Notes under the pieces: model-generated
The model's database searches: none
What the model saw: only the letters and a program-made list of their open reading frames with translations
Told to the model about the DNA's origin: nothing
Translations under genes and position numbers: made by a program
Virus record (IMG/VR): IMGVR_UViG_3300025115_000012
Location: 1 to 57,165 of that record
DNA: 57,165 nucleotides
Reading direction: 5' to 3' (one strand)
DNA from: a virus
Taxonomy: Duplodnaviria; Caudoviricetes
Shown here: positions 33,501-38,809 of the stretch, one piece after another
Layout of the letters: each line of letters begins with the position of its first letter
Position numbering within the stretch: position 1 is the first letter of the stretch

Positions 33501-34297
33501 AGGCTAAGATTGACCAATATAAAATGATAGGCTATTACGGGAAGAATCTGAAACAGCAAGGATTAATGGCACGGCAGTTATTAAGATTTTCTAATTTTGG
33601 ATTTGAAAAAGGACAAGACCGCAGTACATATTGGAATATCAGGCGTGACATGTACAATGCATATAGAACAGCTATTGGTCCAAAATTCGATACATTCTTA
33701 AACGATATGGCAAAAATCGGTATTCCTATTGGCGAATGGTATTTAGCTGATCCTAAAGCAGATATGACAAGAACAGCAACTGCAATGTTCACATCTAAAG
33801 CACTAGGTGTATTGGTTAAATATAGTGTAAATGCACTAGGAGCAACTACGGCTAATGCTATTATGAGTGCTTTTGAAGATCCGGAAAAAGATTTAAGTGA
33901 GATATTTTCAATGTCCGGATTTGCTTTTGGTCCTTTAGAGATATTGGCAAATACATTAGCAGGAATAATAAATTTATATTTAATGTTTACAGCAGAAGGT
34001 AAAACAGGCAAACATGAAGCAGCTCTTCAGTCCAAACATGCTCGTGATTTTATGATGAACCCAGGCAAAGGATTTAGCGGCGTATTAGGGAAAGGTGCAA
34101 CTGACGCTATAAATGCTGTAACAGTTGCGTTATTTAATGCTTGGGCACATTTGGGCGGTTTTGACAATATGTATGATAGAGATCCATGGCAAAAATTAAA
34201 CAAGTATAATATGAAAGTTGAAGAAAATATGTTAAATTACATCTACGGCGGATTAGGAAATGCAAAAACCGCTGCAGAATTATATTACACCAAATAG
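18509..34297 (+). CDS. Giant polyvalent virion protein with two-barrel RNA polymerase, zincin, ART-like and NADAR/SLOG/macro-like domains
   Basis: HEMTH 20912..20926; FKEWFGDW...YHAT...GYDGII...AFDPTQVKSAT 21494..22567; TDG 24005, KGML 24146, GGDYDGD 25427..25447; YEVSSAGDKRFSAL 26459; YVFGDN...GGQA...GLGTGLA ~27815..28170. The start codon is uncertain. Confidence 0.85.
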   Translation: MPENELLTIKPNTDFGFKPRLNPGLNPGQQIPTKADKTATNIPDKVALENTAERYDPLKRIEADRTGASYTPYKPKYDLIQGKSREAEQINKVKALTDELDWQYDPDRLDREENKKRLYGGLDLGVSFHKKWDYDKNSYTHTIGIDLNKIDLAEQELNKRFKEFETEMRSKFGNDPLMMRRLNEGINSERGFQGLLDTDFSWDVIKDWMHIAGGGAGEGMTFNRDMRKMVDFIHTYLKAKDDLRKVRNLRPLSDRLKEKNGEEYQNYHERPINYDFNDVGTYYMGKAIDGAFGKLANGLSKRFFGETIYNKSDVLSLQENIQNFIESGYYSDKPEIEQNSAEIARYLAERDESTTGLFDTAVMVGGDIAEIVASMRAGPFALGGRLYSSGRNVWNAYKGVERANKINQTTKLINLNKIYAESPEYAKRYNMFKALSGKHNTRGVASGGMLPKVQDLLGNRADYIGNMVVGSFVDQMLSMDENLTAPELAEGMRNMAILAMFNYQYSKAFMYAGQMAGLTKNVMQGTRYGNAVGSKFDALSKAMIAAGQFAAQPGQSLTINNVLEGEDYTAKQMVADVMFGFMMGYNDFLLTSRSYKVFKRANLRDDIIKSNYAEVDYIPYEHIYYTDTHTNELRTRTKPMTEGKEGDLLQIDMSKPEQAAFDQVVQDRIKQAEGTLKKGEMITVKSSNKANMQGVSILKTQSFGRKIDSEVRRKLSIDENIPIKATHLIEAFSDGMNQVRIPKYIQELFKDISDNIDVILTDQLGESTPAAYKDGKFYLNDNLGLVTKTGKIDKEASIAISHEMTHALIDHAIKVNPDFAIAIEEIYQQYFNKVTDFVKKNPEAYSIINEKAGGILNKTFLNIDNDGNPDHYRNMQEMIALMYEASSKAKYFRTLMHNVDPSLKGKFLGKIANAFGLSPEAYKRIDHELTNYKKYINPEAEQTAIDYDTGTENAIPGEMPYADENVVYDEDVDYLDSPETFRPLDMSTESLKTDSFKEWFGDWETDPENASKTTGSSWKKMITDEYQKAKSSGMKYSERQKIFDPQTGVLKLDLNDPYHNRLKYELENDLPITFYHATGVSEDFTQFQPFRKRKTGNWYGIYGSISPKLNESYAGTKRNENNLIDFADKVKDAFTGNWNKKPNLASPSPRQIPLYFNLKNPLILNEHLGGKKLGTTYVQFDYEFHNPVEQARETFIMVRDVLANALGSKSLKKITYSQAKVAVGTIAASLPLLLGEPDVYKSVENLARLGMVSAGFASSGEVASLLASSLYQVKRQIDKVTNPVGKLEKKVAKNPEKYTDISFISEGMYNILKNMGYDGIIFNDGFEILAFDPTQVKSATSNKGTYDSNNPDFLEMATSSLRDDLDEILGGEFDLKKVEFMEEATRILTPQEPGTKREVNNEEKVNYVSLKNKLNLTNEEFVKLLGQDKTTVVERLKQNPELQDPLEINNNARKILHTEPKKSFIIKTRERDYEDDSIVFSGMAEANIDPTGKNILPYRGQPAYLKKGFSRIAADTKIPLLQKIFNSEIMDINGEINTVLTFQFPANKVNPRSFSPTFLHSAIDQGVFILPKTTGQKMMIIPELKDMSRESKNDFVRKANAEIFEKVLDSDYIWNDDYQKREQVMNTVKLLDMDKVIPAVLLDKPIKMREVLKPEYQGMDDKQLEPYIAVNSLIKQKILEFYTDNRKNRQVPDYYQDDAKPSDVYDVLAKHIYMLTDTGGKTYFNKFDKDGKPSLIKGTDKYANILFSEHHNKLIDYDDFKLTAQDEVLEQMEVPEQKERLKNVYGSEIDSNGDVRVRTFNFNQDMVTDLLDAYPELKDSYNRFIQSFDDNVTDGALFCLNQPLYDVLAKSLGITDTKGLAGLKPKGFEYEDNGNIRITKGMLWGPENFKNFGNNEFLSKVIETMQDNNIAILSFPTASKGAHTRRVKFASSPDGKNRYVLNNDNNLIRVEDQTENGWVSNPEATNFEKSNILNNLLNNNAPIPDHFVSKLKITGDDALTFEQYVHKSQVTNTSNGFETLPAFNASSALFNTPEGNAVTRIMRNVIRQNINKYRKIDNALLTIGNLGRRVLATPSKLREDIEFSRKELNSIGIYLKTAKHHFQRMIDNDSGEEAQYLYNMRAEDMVKKIDEMLDDKGKFKPNSLMLLFSLDNVVGGPFLSRGQTVLAKILLFQNLESKIKGRIPTINAKIAPDINMDNVLATTRELLGEAIDAEMNYDPETNSSDYIDEYGKLKEGGAVIGKDIWELENRMREQNNMEPLRIGDKMLFNKTPTDDMTNVLIPTKFAGISPMDGVAIMNGKYVTKYTGGDYDGDGINYVRSDKNFNKADYDRVYDYLDSITELRKSVKDVANEFKELVEKDTKGYLVINKLLGLEPKDNNMSLASEEFGSNMAKHQLGQDKGIVLINNIGHVLNQVALDANNSIASNKVKLSVKLNSRESQEIKVRVNPALDIDKLGMLSFLKQTFVDSYETMPFDREEAVYRTVFNDATVFLPDKTTMSLKDYIKSTGKPAMPILRDIFKKLAEPSLLEARGLWNEQNIADIVDKVLGLDYHDVPNRKDATSYRYTLKDYRRILASDMKESQLMPDVEPVIEPPSKEFLPEVLEQNAIPGEEPGQIPKSVKEVAQSETKQDATPSSLSTKYEWARYAESGYEVSSAGDKRFSALNARLKDGRTIEEAYQLDIKGYRSQGDNWRLGKGKKPLNNITPEDSWSKYKSLWEQFLNENPDLKQDLAQKALGKPLTDKFAETDVSQARALAEILNEQPITSSDQPIQAGPPKVGEMLKEMVSGTKLGAAYGILKGLEGIHAPATKLLVGDNPFELYARLKEKSDIVNTDEYTEQDVVGIVPTDRFEQYEELQNAINSNVLGFTFAVKAPSANKGKNEIYEIIQGMLKEGGYQRYKDTHKWFKPKSKTTTDKAAPEQRVKYVDMGKFDRDPNNRAMGTSADRAMREVADGFIGEVFNEDTKSSTSTSSLHFSNENNISRSTEHLGTEKGMVYFDLPDEAIPGTHTIMLARNSELAKIGLDNSTKKQIKVMHDQGHDFVVGNSWIDQPFHDYLEEIGAKYTVYGHEGKNRIKPKEVKSITEPLTAKPSSEPALKIEEVHRYNPELLRENPDKLYVFGDNLTRKGRGGQAVIRKEPNAVGIVTKLAPSKDAAAYMSDNDLSNNQKIIDADIQNIKSKLSQYPGGLVFPKDGLGTGLAELHWRASETFAYLNRRLAEEFGYKKFNRFPNETTTTKEQAGSFTDAIAKRLADEKAKTASPVLNKPEHVISLGDGIPVMAYLGRENMYENDPAFIDAVRKAFPGIEYANEKSAGRSNSDYIYLNEFAPDKYVMNNRDKHFVVSNQRSWPVLTENGIKYSVIGYEGINWPLRKEHSRNEYSNELTRMIAIQKMHNSIDEVLLGLSKTIKADAQRFPKLKEMFSHFENAKKFNDKVWISSEQTHIAFLVANLAYNGHRSHTSEGNSSPYEVFNTKTNQYEQMEMLYGLTSFKDHLGLPLFKSDKFPNVKIAAGTILKYLIDNNPVKKGEFVVWNKDDAQIIAKDGVLNAYRGGEVKKQINLNEIFDKDGRLVPDWLPSDLLQSKKFRELIDIQNPINKKEFGKVRAKIVKNIAHNMAQEAAQSGLNLDKDILATYIAFHPVKLSKYLAEQIIGGIFNPIFPKHADPKYTLHKKTENYIGKGRAQDYLASNKMDNPWDAISYLKDEGINLKINPQVTLDDHLTKSITSESIGIKGLEMSIESLQDTETSLKHSGYHEFYKSLAKIIEQSPDPELVKLQGKSILDYNYDDMKVLNRKVFLPHLEKILPNLAIKAKMPPEKVSKWAKDNLDKIMDMYGPADLVRELEGDGGYYDKLISPTNDVRQIAKKLAHMSYIMAVADMLKKFETMNTGKDIHNYQILKSRIPTQMINEFSGNKTVYSWNEQILGIPSFNGMGNSVMHYEIMEHNPAINTEVSLPFGTYAKQYPLVRAIQKLTELKAHVDIQNQYVDNQLTASEKLNKNNLALESIENLESVGFNVIEPSSIEGAGNRIKSGQKITDMIDIQTASNRGVKEESVISLKLDKIINFALTSENVNTAVDMLVDAWERNMIESQGSMMNTDGTSTYDPAYYLLKTNKQAFDSDLPLAEQLSAMKANLTEQLKDYINYKEAVLTYKNSLMTYKEALIDFEQRYLRNNEIVEANPNVNILNDLMKIQSYIDRIGNVEAKDLNRLTKTLKEGVSLSEVSTIFDQKYIKPAEETLNSYQNNVKLINEQINNSLKGNAKKGFQIGRNKIRKLIDLLTPEERVELDRNGWSFMIKRFLPEIDAIAEESSSKAEKLDEGFRIVPDLKAKAKFMTLIEHVYNNYYTLNKHPYHDMMVKLGWSEYLEKPWHRIHTANEWKLASKGREMVLRAHESAVTRAAKQESITVFHKKDETKSFESTQAEFKQIMAGSKSKPYWGYTDLLNANFDQTEKATYLSNSIKTFGEDIGERIQGSLYNVSTESMRVYLDNMKDPNPFAHMNTISELSKASNGHYNYRQVIDPAEYRLEFHNAELGNNLFVPKGLSTGDIVLIGLEGGRTIPVRMLGGIKIKNANGVYDAYYAFGNDPTKSKDLSYISADRIKSMHKANGETYLSKAILEGQRKKLNQIINNDQELVNAIKNVVEIKTGEQNVSYESWENTVNPKVVKAIDESLQTSGGRKIVEYMANASDKAAVALYYLRLRHLIDGVFKAGLHVAASNPAGALYSGLSATTKWLQGVFFQIKFQNSMGHYDRIYQNSVPQRKYIKNGVGAIGRGVRALLDPWFQSGDTKNEINERNIANIASHLVAMEHGLTKQTLGQEQINSIIDRAFETEEKANAAIYEMITGKKAPWWKPGATTSLLNKMAKGMQELDPAYGIDNELGEQLRAGTEYNSRAVKRVVDRLEWVKVPITKNVYNSQTKRHDIETQYFHIPRIKGLSDRDNIFVMTLMDQLLDIASLKGRIAANEIGSAKKAVTSSINNMNRYQSQYLSGLGSMTPEFMANKAKIDQYKMIGYYGKNLKQQGLMARQLLRFSNFGFEKGQDRSTYWNIRRDMYNAYRTAIGPKFDTFLNDMAKIGIPIGEWYLADPKADMTRTATAMFTSKALGVLVKYSVNALGATTANAIMSAFEDPEKDLSEIFSMSGFAFGPLEILANTLAGIINLYLMFTAEGKTGKHEAALQSKHARDFMMNPGKGFSGVLGKGATDAINAVTVALFNAWAHLGGFDNMYDRDPWQKLNKYNMKVEENMLNYIYGGLGNAKTAAELYYTK

Positions 34298-34305
34298 GAG
34301 GTTTT

Positions 34306-34689
34306 ATGAACTTGCTGCATTACCCGATAAGGGTGAAGTTATTGGAAAAATACAAAACTATTCACAACCCGAACATATTGCCGGGTAAAGAATATTGGTT
34401 GGTTGCTCTCCAAGTTGAGGGCGGAGCATTACAGGCTCTTGTTGTTGGTGATGACAATGCGTTTCATTACCAAATGGCTCACTATTTTGAGGTAGTGGAC
34501 ACTGATCAATTTTATAATCGAACATGTTCGAATTACAAGAATGATTGTGCCAAAGATGTCAAACCCGAACCGGACGGACAAGATAGGCCTGTTCCTAATC
34601 AGAAACCCGAAGCCAAGGAGGAGCCATTTAAGGATGAAGTTAAAAGTCCTTTTCCCAATTCGATAGGTATCAAACGTGTCCGAAAGTAG
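34306..34689 (+). CDS. Hypothetical protein
   Basis: AGGAGG SD; 127-aa ORF. Confidence 0.7.
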   Translation: MNLLHYPIRVKLLEKYKTIHNPNILPGKEYWLVALQVEGGALQALVVGDDNAFHYQMAHYFEVVDTDQFYNRTCSNYKNDCAKDVKPEPDGQDRPVPNQKPEAKEEPFKDEVKSPFPNSIGIKRVRK

Positions 34690-35203
34690 TCTTCCATATG
34701 ACGAATTAGGCAGGTTGTTAGAGCCTGCTCATTCTAAGCCAAGTGTTCCTAAGTTCCATGAAATGACTGAAGAACAGCTGAAAGAGAAAGCTATTAGATT
34801 AGCTATTGACAACGCCCATTTAAAGCGGACAATGAGAAAGTATGAGCCAATCGAAATAGAATTCGGAGTAGATGACAATTTCAATTTGTTCATGAGCAAG
34901 ATTAAATCAGTTGCTATTATAATCAAGCATGCAGCCGGTTTGATTGACTATATTGCGAAAATAATTATATTAATAAACAAATACAAGGGAGCAAAGATGG
35001 ATGCCGATAAAAAAACAACCAAAGTAGGCTTGATTAAAGTCGGGTTTGGATTATTGACTTTAGTTTTGAGTTTTTTCAAAATAACAGTTCCGGAAGCAAT
35101 GTTAGATCCATTAATTGACAATGTGTTATGGTTCTCGTCTGGTGGAGGATATTTGTTATTCTCATACATCCAAGCGTTCTTCACTAATAAAGAGAAGAAG
35201 TAA
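34676..35203 (+). CDS. Holin-like membrane protein with internal in-frame start at 34997
   Basis: The C-terminal 68 aa have two hydrophobic segments and a basic tail; AAGGGAG precedes ATG 34997. Confidence 0.6.
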   Translation: MSESSLPYDELGRLLEPAHSKPSVPKFHEMTEEQLKEKAIRLAIDNAHLKRTMRKYEPIEIEFGVDDNFNLFMSKIKSVAIIIKHAAGLIDYIAKIIILINKYKGAKMDADKKTTKVGLIKVGFGLLTLVLSFFKITVPEAMLDPLIDNVLWFSSGGGYLLFSYIQAFFTNKEKK

Positions 35204-35204
35204 G

Positions 35205-37019
35205 ATGACAAATGCTGAACTTATTGCCAAATTTTTAGATAATACTGCAAGCAAGGATAATTACGAAGAACTAGGCATACTCCAATTTGGTAAGATCTTA
35301 TTTCCGGAATTATTTGACAGTAAGTTCAGCGAACTTCATTATGAAATGGCGATATTGTTGCTTGATTTATTAAATCCTCTTCACAAGAGGAGATTAGAAC
35401 GACAACGATATTTCAACGTCCACCGAGAAGCTTCAAAATCCACACTAGGTTCATTCCTATTCCCGACATACCTGTTATACTTAAAAGGATATAGCCCTTA
35501 CGTAGCCATTAATGGGAGAACGTACAAACTGCCACCTATTAAAGAGGACTTCATAGTTATAACATCGGAAACGTCTGCAAGGGCTGAACAGTTCGTTACG
35601 GACATTAAGGCTACTATTGATACCCGTCCTGATTTGATTGACCTGTTCGGTGAGAAAAATCCTAAATATATGCAAATAGAAGCAGAGCATAATAAGCGTA
35701 AAAGGAATGAGCTTTGGCGGCAAAATGCGTTTATGACGGCTGATGGTACAGTTGTATGGGGATTAGGAGCAGGACAGCGTATTCGTGGTATTAAGGTAGC
35801 AGGCAAAAGACCATCATTAATAATAGTTGATGATATGTATTCGAGAGCAAATACTAAAACGCAACAAACAAGAGAACATTTAAATTATTGGTTTTTCAGT
35901 GAGTTAGCAAATTCTACCGATTCGGTCAAGGGAAAGATATTATGGCTAGGTACATTAGTGCACCAAGATACTGTATTGACTAAGTTTGAAAAGAGTGAGA
36001 ATTGGAAAGGTATCAAAAGACCAATTATATCCTTACCAGAGCTTAATAAACTAATTGGACAATGGAAAGATAGCGGAATTGACGAAGTCCCGGATAGAAT
36101 TGTTATGAATGAATGGCAAAAGGAGTATAATACGCTATCATGGCCAGACAGGCATGACCTGTGGTATATACTAAAACTTTATAAGGACGCAGCTGACCAT
36201 CATGACTATGATTATTTCTATCAAGAATACATGAATGTTACTAAAGCTCCTGAAACTATGGAGATTGATGAAAAAAGCTTTGTCCAAACCCCTGTTAGTA
36301 TATATAAATCTAATGATTATAATACTAGTATCCAATATGCAGAGTTTACTCTTAATAATGTGAAGTTCAAAGGTGAAGTTGTATTAGCTATTGGAGTGGA
36401 TCCTGCGACTTCGACAAACTTGTTAGCAGACGATACTGTGATTTCTGTGTTTGGCTACTGCAGGGCGTACTTTTATCAGGTAGGCTATGATGAGTATGCC
36501 TTAGAAAAAAAACAGCGTGACGGGCTTGTATTGCCTGTTATTCCGCATATTGAAGGTGGTAAGTATTCTATTCATGATTATGAAGGTCGTCCAGGTATCT
36601 GCGAAAGACTAATCCAACTTGTTAAACAATATGAAATATCTCACATAATCGTTGAAGCTCAAGGTCAGCAAAAGGCTATTGTTGATGAAATTAGAAGAAC
36701 GTTCTATGAGAAAGGGGTTATGGTTCCTGTTATTGAAGAATATACTAATTTAAAGAAAGAAGAAAGAATACATTCTGTCCTTACTACTATTGTTCAAAGG
36801 TATAAACATATTATATGCAATCCTAATCCTCTTATACATAAGATGTTCGTTCAATTAATCTCGTTAGGTATGGGTGATCATGATGATTATCCTGATAGTG
36901 TCGCTATGGCTGCTAAGTTGATTCAACCTCCTGAAACTCGTCTGTCCGGAATTGTTCTTGCTCAAGCTCGGAAAGAGGATGAACAGATATCCCACCCGGA
37001 TTATTGGCAGTTCCAATAA
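35205..37019 (+). CDS. terL: Terminase large subunit
   Basis: HREASKST (Walker A variant), GQRIRG, LIIVDD (Walker B), WLGT, nuclease motifs IGVDPA, IVEA, HDDYPDS; ATG 35205. Confidence 0.93.
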   Translation: MTNAELIAKFLDNTASKDNYEELGILQFGKILFPELFDSKFSELHYEMAILLLDLLNPLHKRRLERQRYFNVHREASKSTLGSFLFPTYLLYLKGYSPYVAINGRTYKLPPIKEDFIVITSETSARAEQFVTDIKATIDTRPDLIDLFGEKNPKYMQIEAEHNKRKRNELWRQNAFMTADGTVVWGLGAGQRIRGIKVAGKRPSLIIVDDMYSRANTKTQQTREHLNYWFFSELANSTDSVKGKILWLGTLVHQDTVLTKFEKSENWKGIKRPIISLPELNKLIGQWKDSGIDEVPDRIVMNEWQKEYNTLSWPDRHDLWYILKLYKDAADHHDYDYFYQEYMNVTKAPETMEIDEKSFVQTPVSIYKSNDYNTSIQYAEFTLNNVKFKGEVVLAIGVDPATSTNLLADDTVISVFGYCRAYFYQVGYDEYALEKKQRDGLVLPVIPHIEGGKYSIHDYEGRPGICERLIQLVKQYEISHIIVEAQGQQKAIVDEIRRTFYEKGVMVPVIEEYTNLKKEERIHSVLTTIVQRYKHIICNPNPLIHKMFVQLISLGMGDHDDYPDSVAMAAKLIQPPETRLSGIVLAQARKEDEQISHPDYWQFQ

Positions 37020-37728
37020 GCTTGTCTATCTGGTTCTGCTGTATATTTAATTGATTTATCTTGACCTCAGTCGTCTTTTCCTCTAAGTACTTTATGGCTA
37101 AGTCCATTGCCCATTTGAGTGTTGGTGCAGGTGTGTCAGGATCCTCTATTAAATCTTTTAATTTCTTGGCTATGGAGGTTATTGTTACACCTTCTGCTTC
37201 TAATTCGTTCTTTAATGTTTTCATATAACCGTGCTCTTTCAATACTTCGTAAAATATGTCACTAGATATTAACTTGTCCAAAATGTGTAATTGTATTGTC
37301 CTTCTCTCGCCTGTTAAATATGCTTTGCGGTATGCTGTGTATATGTCTACGTTATTCGCTACTAACTTGGCAAAGAATTTTAATCTGACCGTCTTGAATG
37401 TGTGCCTTGCCCTCTGTCCGTCAGGATCAAAGTGAAATGAATATTTAATTATCTTCCCTGTTAAATCATTCCTGTTTATTAGTATGTAATGCTTGGGCAC
37501 TCTTATCTTTATCAGTGTGTACTGCGTCTTGCCTCGCTTGTGCTCTATCTTGCTTATTATTGGTAAATACCAACCATTGTTGCTCTTTATGTATTCACCT
37601 GGCTTGGCATCTAATAAGTTCGGGTTGTGTAATGCATAATGCTCACTCTGACTAAATTCAGTGTGGCTGTCGTAACACTCCCATTCGTGCTTGTCTATAT
37701 GCTTGCTGTAACTTTCTATTAACCTCAT
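36913..37728 (-). CDS. Putative terminase small subunit with N-terminal extension
   Basis: FFAKLV...TAYRKAY HTH-like segment and GVT...IAKKLKDLIE...A.DL..K helical oligomerisation pattern; adjacent to TerL; ATG at 37728. Confidence 0.55.
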   Translation of the reverse strand: MRLIESYSKHIDKHEWECYDSHTEFSQSEHYALHNPNLLDAKPGEYIKSNNGWYLPIISKIEHKRGKTQYTLIKIRVPKHYILINRNDLTGKIIKYSFHFDPDGQRARHTFKTVRLKFFAKLVANNVDIYTAYRKAYLTGERRTIQLHILDKLISSDIFYEVLKEHGYMKTLKNELEAEGVTITSIAKKLKDLIEDPDTPAPTLKWAMDLAIKYLEEKTTEVKINQLNIQQNQIDKLIGTANNPGGISVHPLSELEQEQFRTDEFQEVEST

Positions 37729-37731
37729 ATG

Positions 37732-37762
37732 CAAAATTACTATTATATCTGTTAATACCAAA
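37732..37762 (-). promoter_or_regulatory. Bacteroidota-type housekeeping promoter TTTG-N19-TAATTTTG
   Basis: Minus strand reads TTTG gtattaacagatataatag TAATTTTG cat ATG; matches TTTG-N19-21-TAnnTTTG. Confidence 0.7.
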
Positions 37763-37764
37763 AT

Positions 37765-37799
37765 AAAAAAAAATAGCCTAGGTGTTAACCTAGACTATT
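37765..37799 (-). terminator. Intrinsic terminator of 37795..38082
   Basis: Minus strand AATAGTCTAGG-ttaaca-CCTAGGCTATT followed by a T run. Confidence 0.75.
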
Positions 37800-38082
37800 C
37801 TGCTAATAACAACTCAAGCCGTGTTAATTTGCGTTCTAAATCTTTCACTCTCTCGTCTAATATCGCTCTGGCATAACGATATAGACTGTCCCCTTCAGGT
37901 TCGAATAATGCTATTTCTTCCTCGAACTCTTCGATGAGAAAACAGTCGTTTGCTAAACTCCACCTGGTTAAGTCATTAGCTGATGGATTCAAAAACGTTG
38001 CTGTCTCTTCTCCGTTGTGGTCGAATATGGTGTATGTAACACCATTTTCGTGGAACATAATTTTACATGTTGCTGGCTTCAT
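37795..38082 (-). CDS. Hypothetical protein
   Basis: AAGGAG SD on the minus strand; terminator at its stop codon. Confidence 0.75.
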   Translation of the reverse strand: MKPATCKIMFHENGVTYTIFDHNGEETATFLNPSANDLTRWSLANDCFLIEEFEEEIALFEPEGDSLYRYARAILDERVKDLERKLTRLELLLAE

Positions 38083-38266
38083 GTTGATCTCCTTTGTTTG
38101 TTTGTGGTTAATATATATATACTATAATATACCTATTCTAACTTTTATCTTGTACCAAACCTTAGGGATAGGTTAAACAAGGTTAAACAAGATTTTAACC
38201 TAACCTATATTTACTTAGTATTAGTATATACTAATATAGGAAGGCTAGGTTAAATCAGTAAGGTTT

Positions 38267-38303
38267 AAAAAACAAGCCAAAGTGTGCGAAGCACACCTTG
38301 GCT
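38267..38303 (-). terminator. Intrinsic terminator of 38313..38609
   Basis: Minus strand AGCCAAGGTGTGC-TTC-GCACACTTTGGCT followed by TGTTTTTT. Confidence 0.75.
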
Positions 38304-38312
38304 AATCTAGGG

Positions 38313-38609
38313 CTAATTCGATTTCATCACACGGATGAAAAACGAATCAGGCTGGTTGAAAACAGTGCTTATTTGCACTATCATGTTTTCAAACCTAACG
38401 GCAGAAGATCTGACACCTGTCTTGTCGTCAGTTCTTCCATTCTCTTCCAAATAGTTGACAATGTCAGCTTTTGGAATAGGCGAACAATCAACGACTTCTC
38501 CATCGTCGAGTGTTATAATAGATCTCTCATGATCAAGAGTCTTATAAAGCAATACATTCCCAGGAAGAACCTGGAAATGATTCAAATTGTTTTGAATTGC
38601 CTTTAACAT
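38313..38609 (-). CDS. Hypothetical protein
   Basis: ATG preceded by AAGGG on the minus strand and followed by a terminator; preferred over the antisense + ORF. Confidence 0.65.
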   Translation of the reverse strand: MLKAIQNNLNHFQVLPGNVLLYKTLDHERSIITLDDGEVVDCSPIPKADIVNYLEENGRTDDKTGVRSSAVRFENMIVQISTVFNQPDSFFIRVMKSN

Positions 38610-38674
38610 GGTTGAACCCTTTCAGTTGGTGAATAATAAAAAAGTGCTTTTTGCACTTGGGTACCCTATGATAA

Positions 38675-38720
38675 GTGAACGAGGTAGCGAGTGAGCTTGC
38701 GAACGAGCTACCGAGTGAAC
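38675..38720 (+). other. 46-nt hairpin with four tandem GA/GA mismatches (ssDNA signal candidate)
   Basis: GT-GA-AC-GA-GGTAGC-GA-GT-GA-GC-tt-GC-GA-AC-GA-GCTACC-GA-GT-GA-AC. Confidence 0.75.
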
Positions 38721-38809
38721 AACAAACAACATACCCCCGGGTACACCCATAGGGGTGGCACATTAATACTCCTTCGGAGGGAAGGGTGGGTAAGTACCAC
38801 GTATGGTTT

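Noticed and set aside
18310-34011. Many short minus-strand ORFs within the giant gene
   Set aside because: Antisense shadows with no RBS or recognisable motifs.
38275-38303. GCGAAGC hairpin as an N4-like virion RNAP promoter
   Set aside because: Better explained as a minus-strand terminator: the A/C mismatch becomes G.U, a U-tract follows, and it lies just after a stop codon. A dual role is not excluded.
38298-38606. + strand 102-aa ORF
   Set aside because: Antisense shadow with a TTG start inside the terminator hairpin; the minus-strand ORF has the RBS and terminator.
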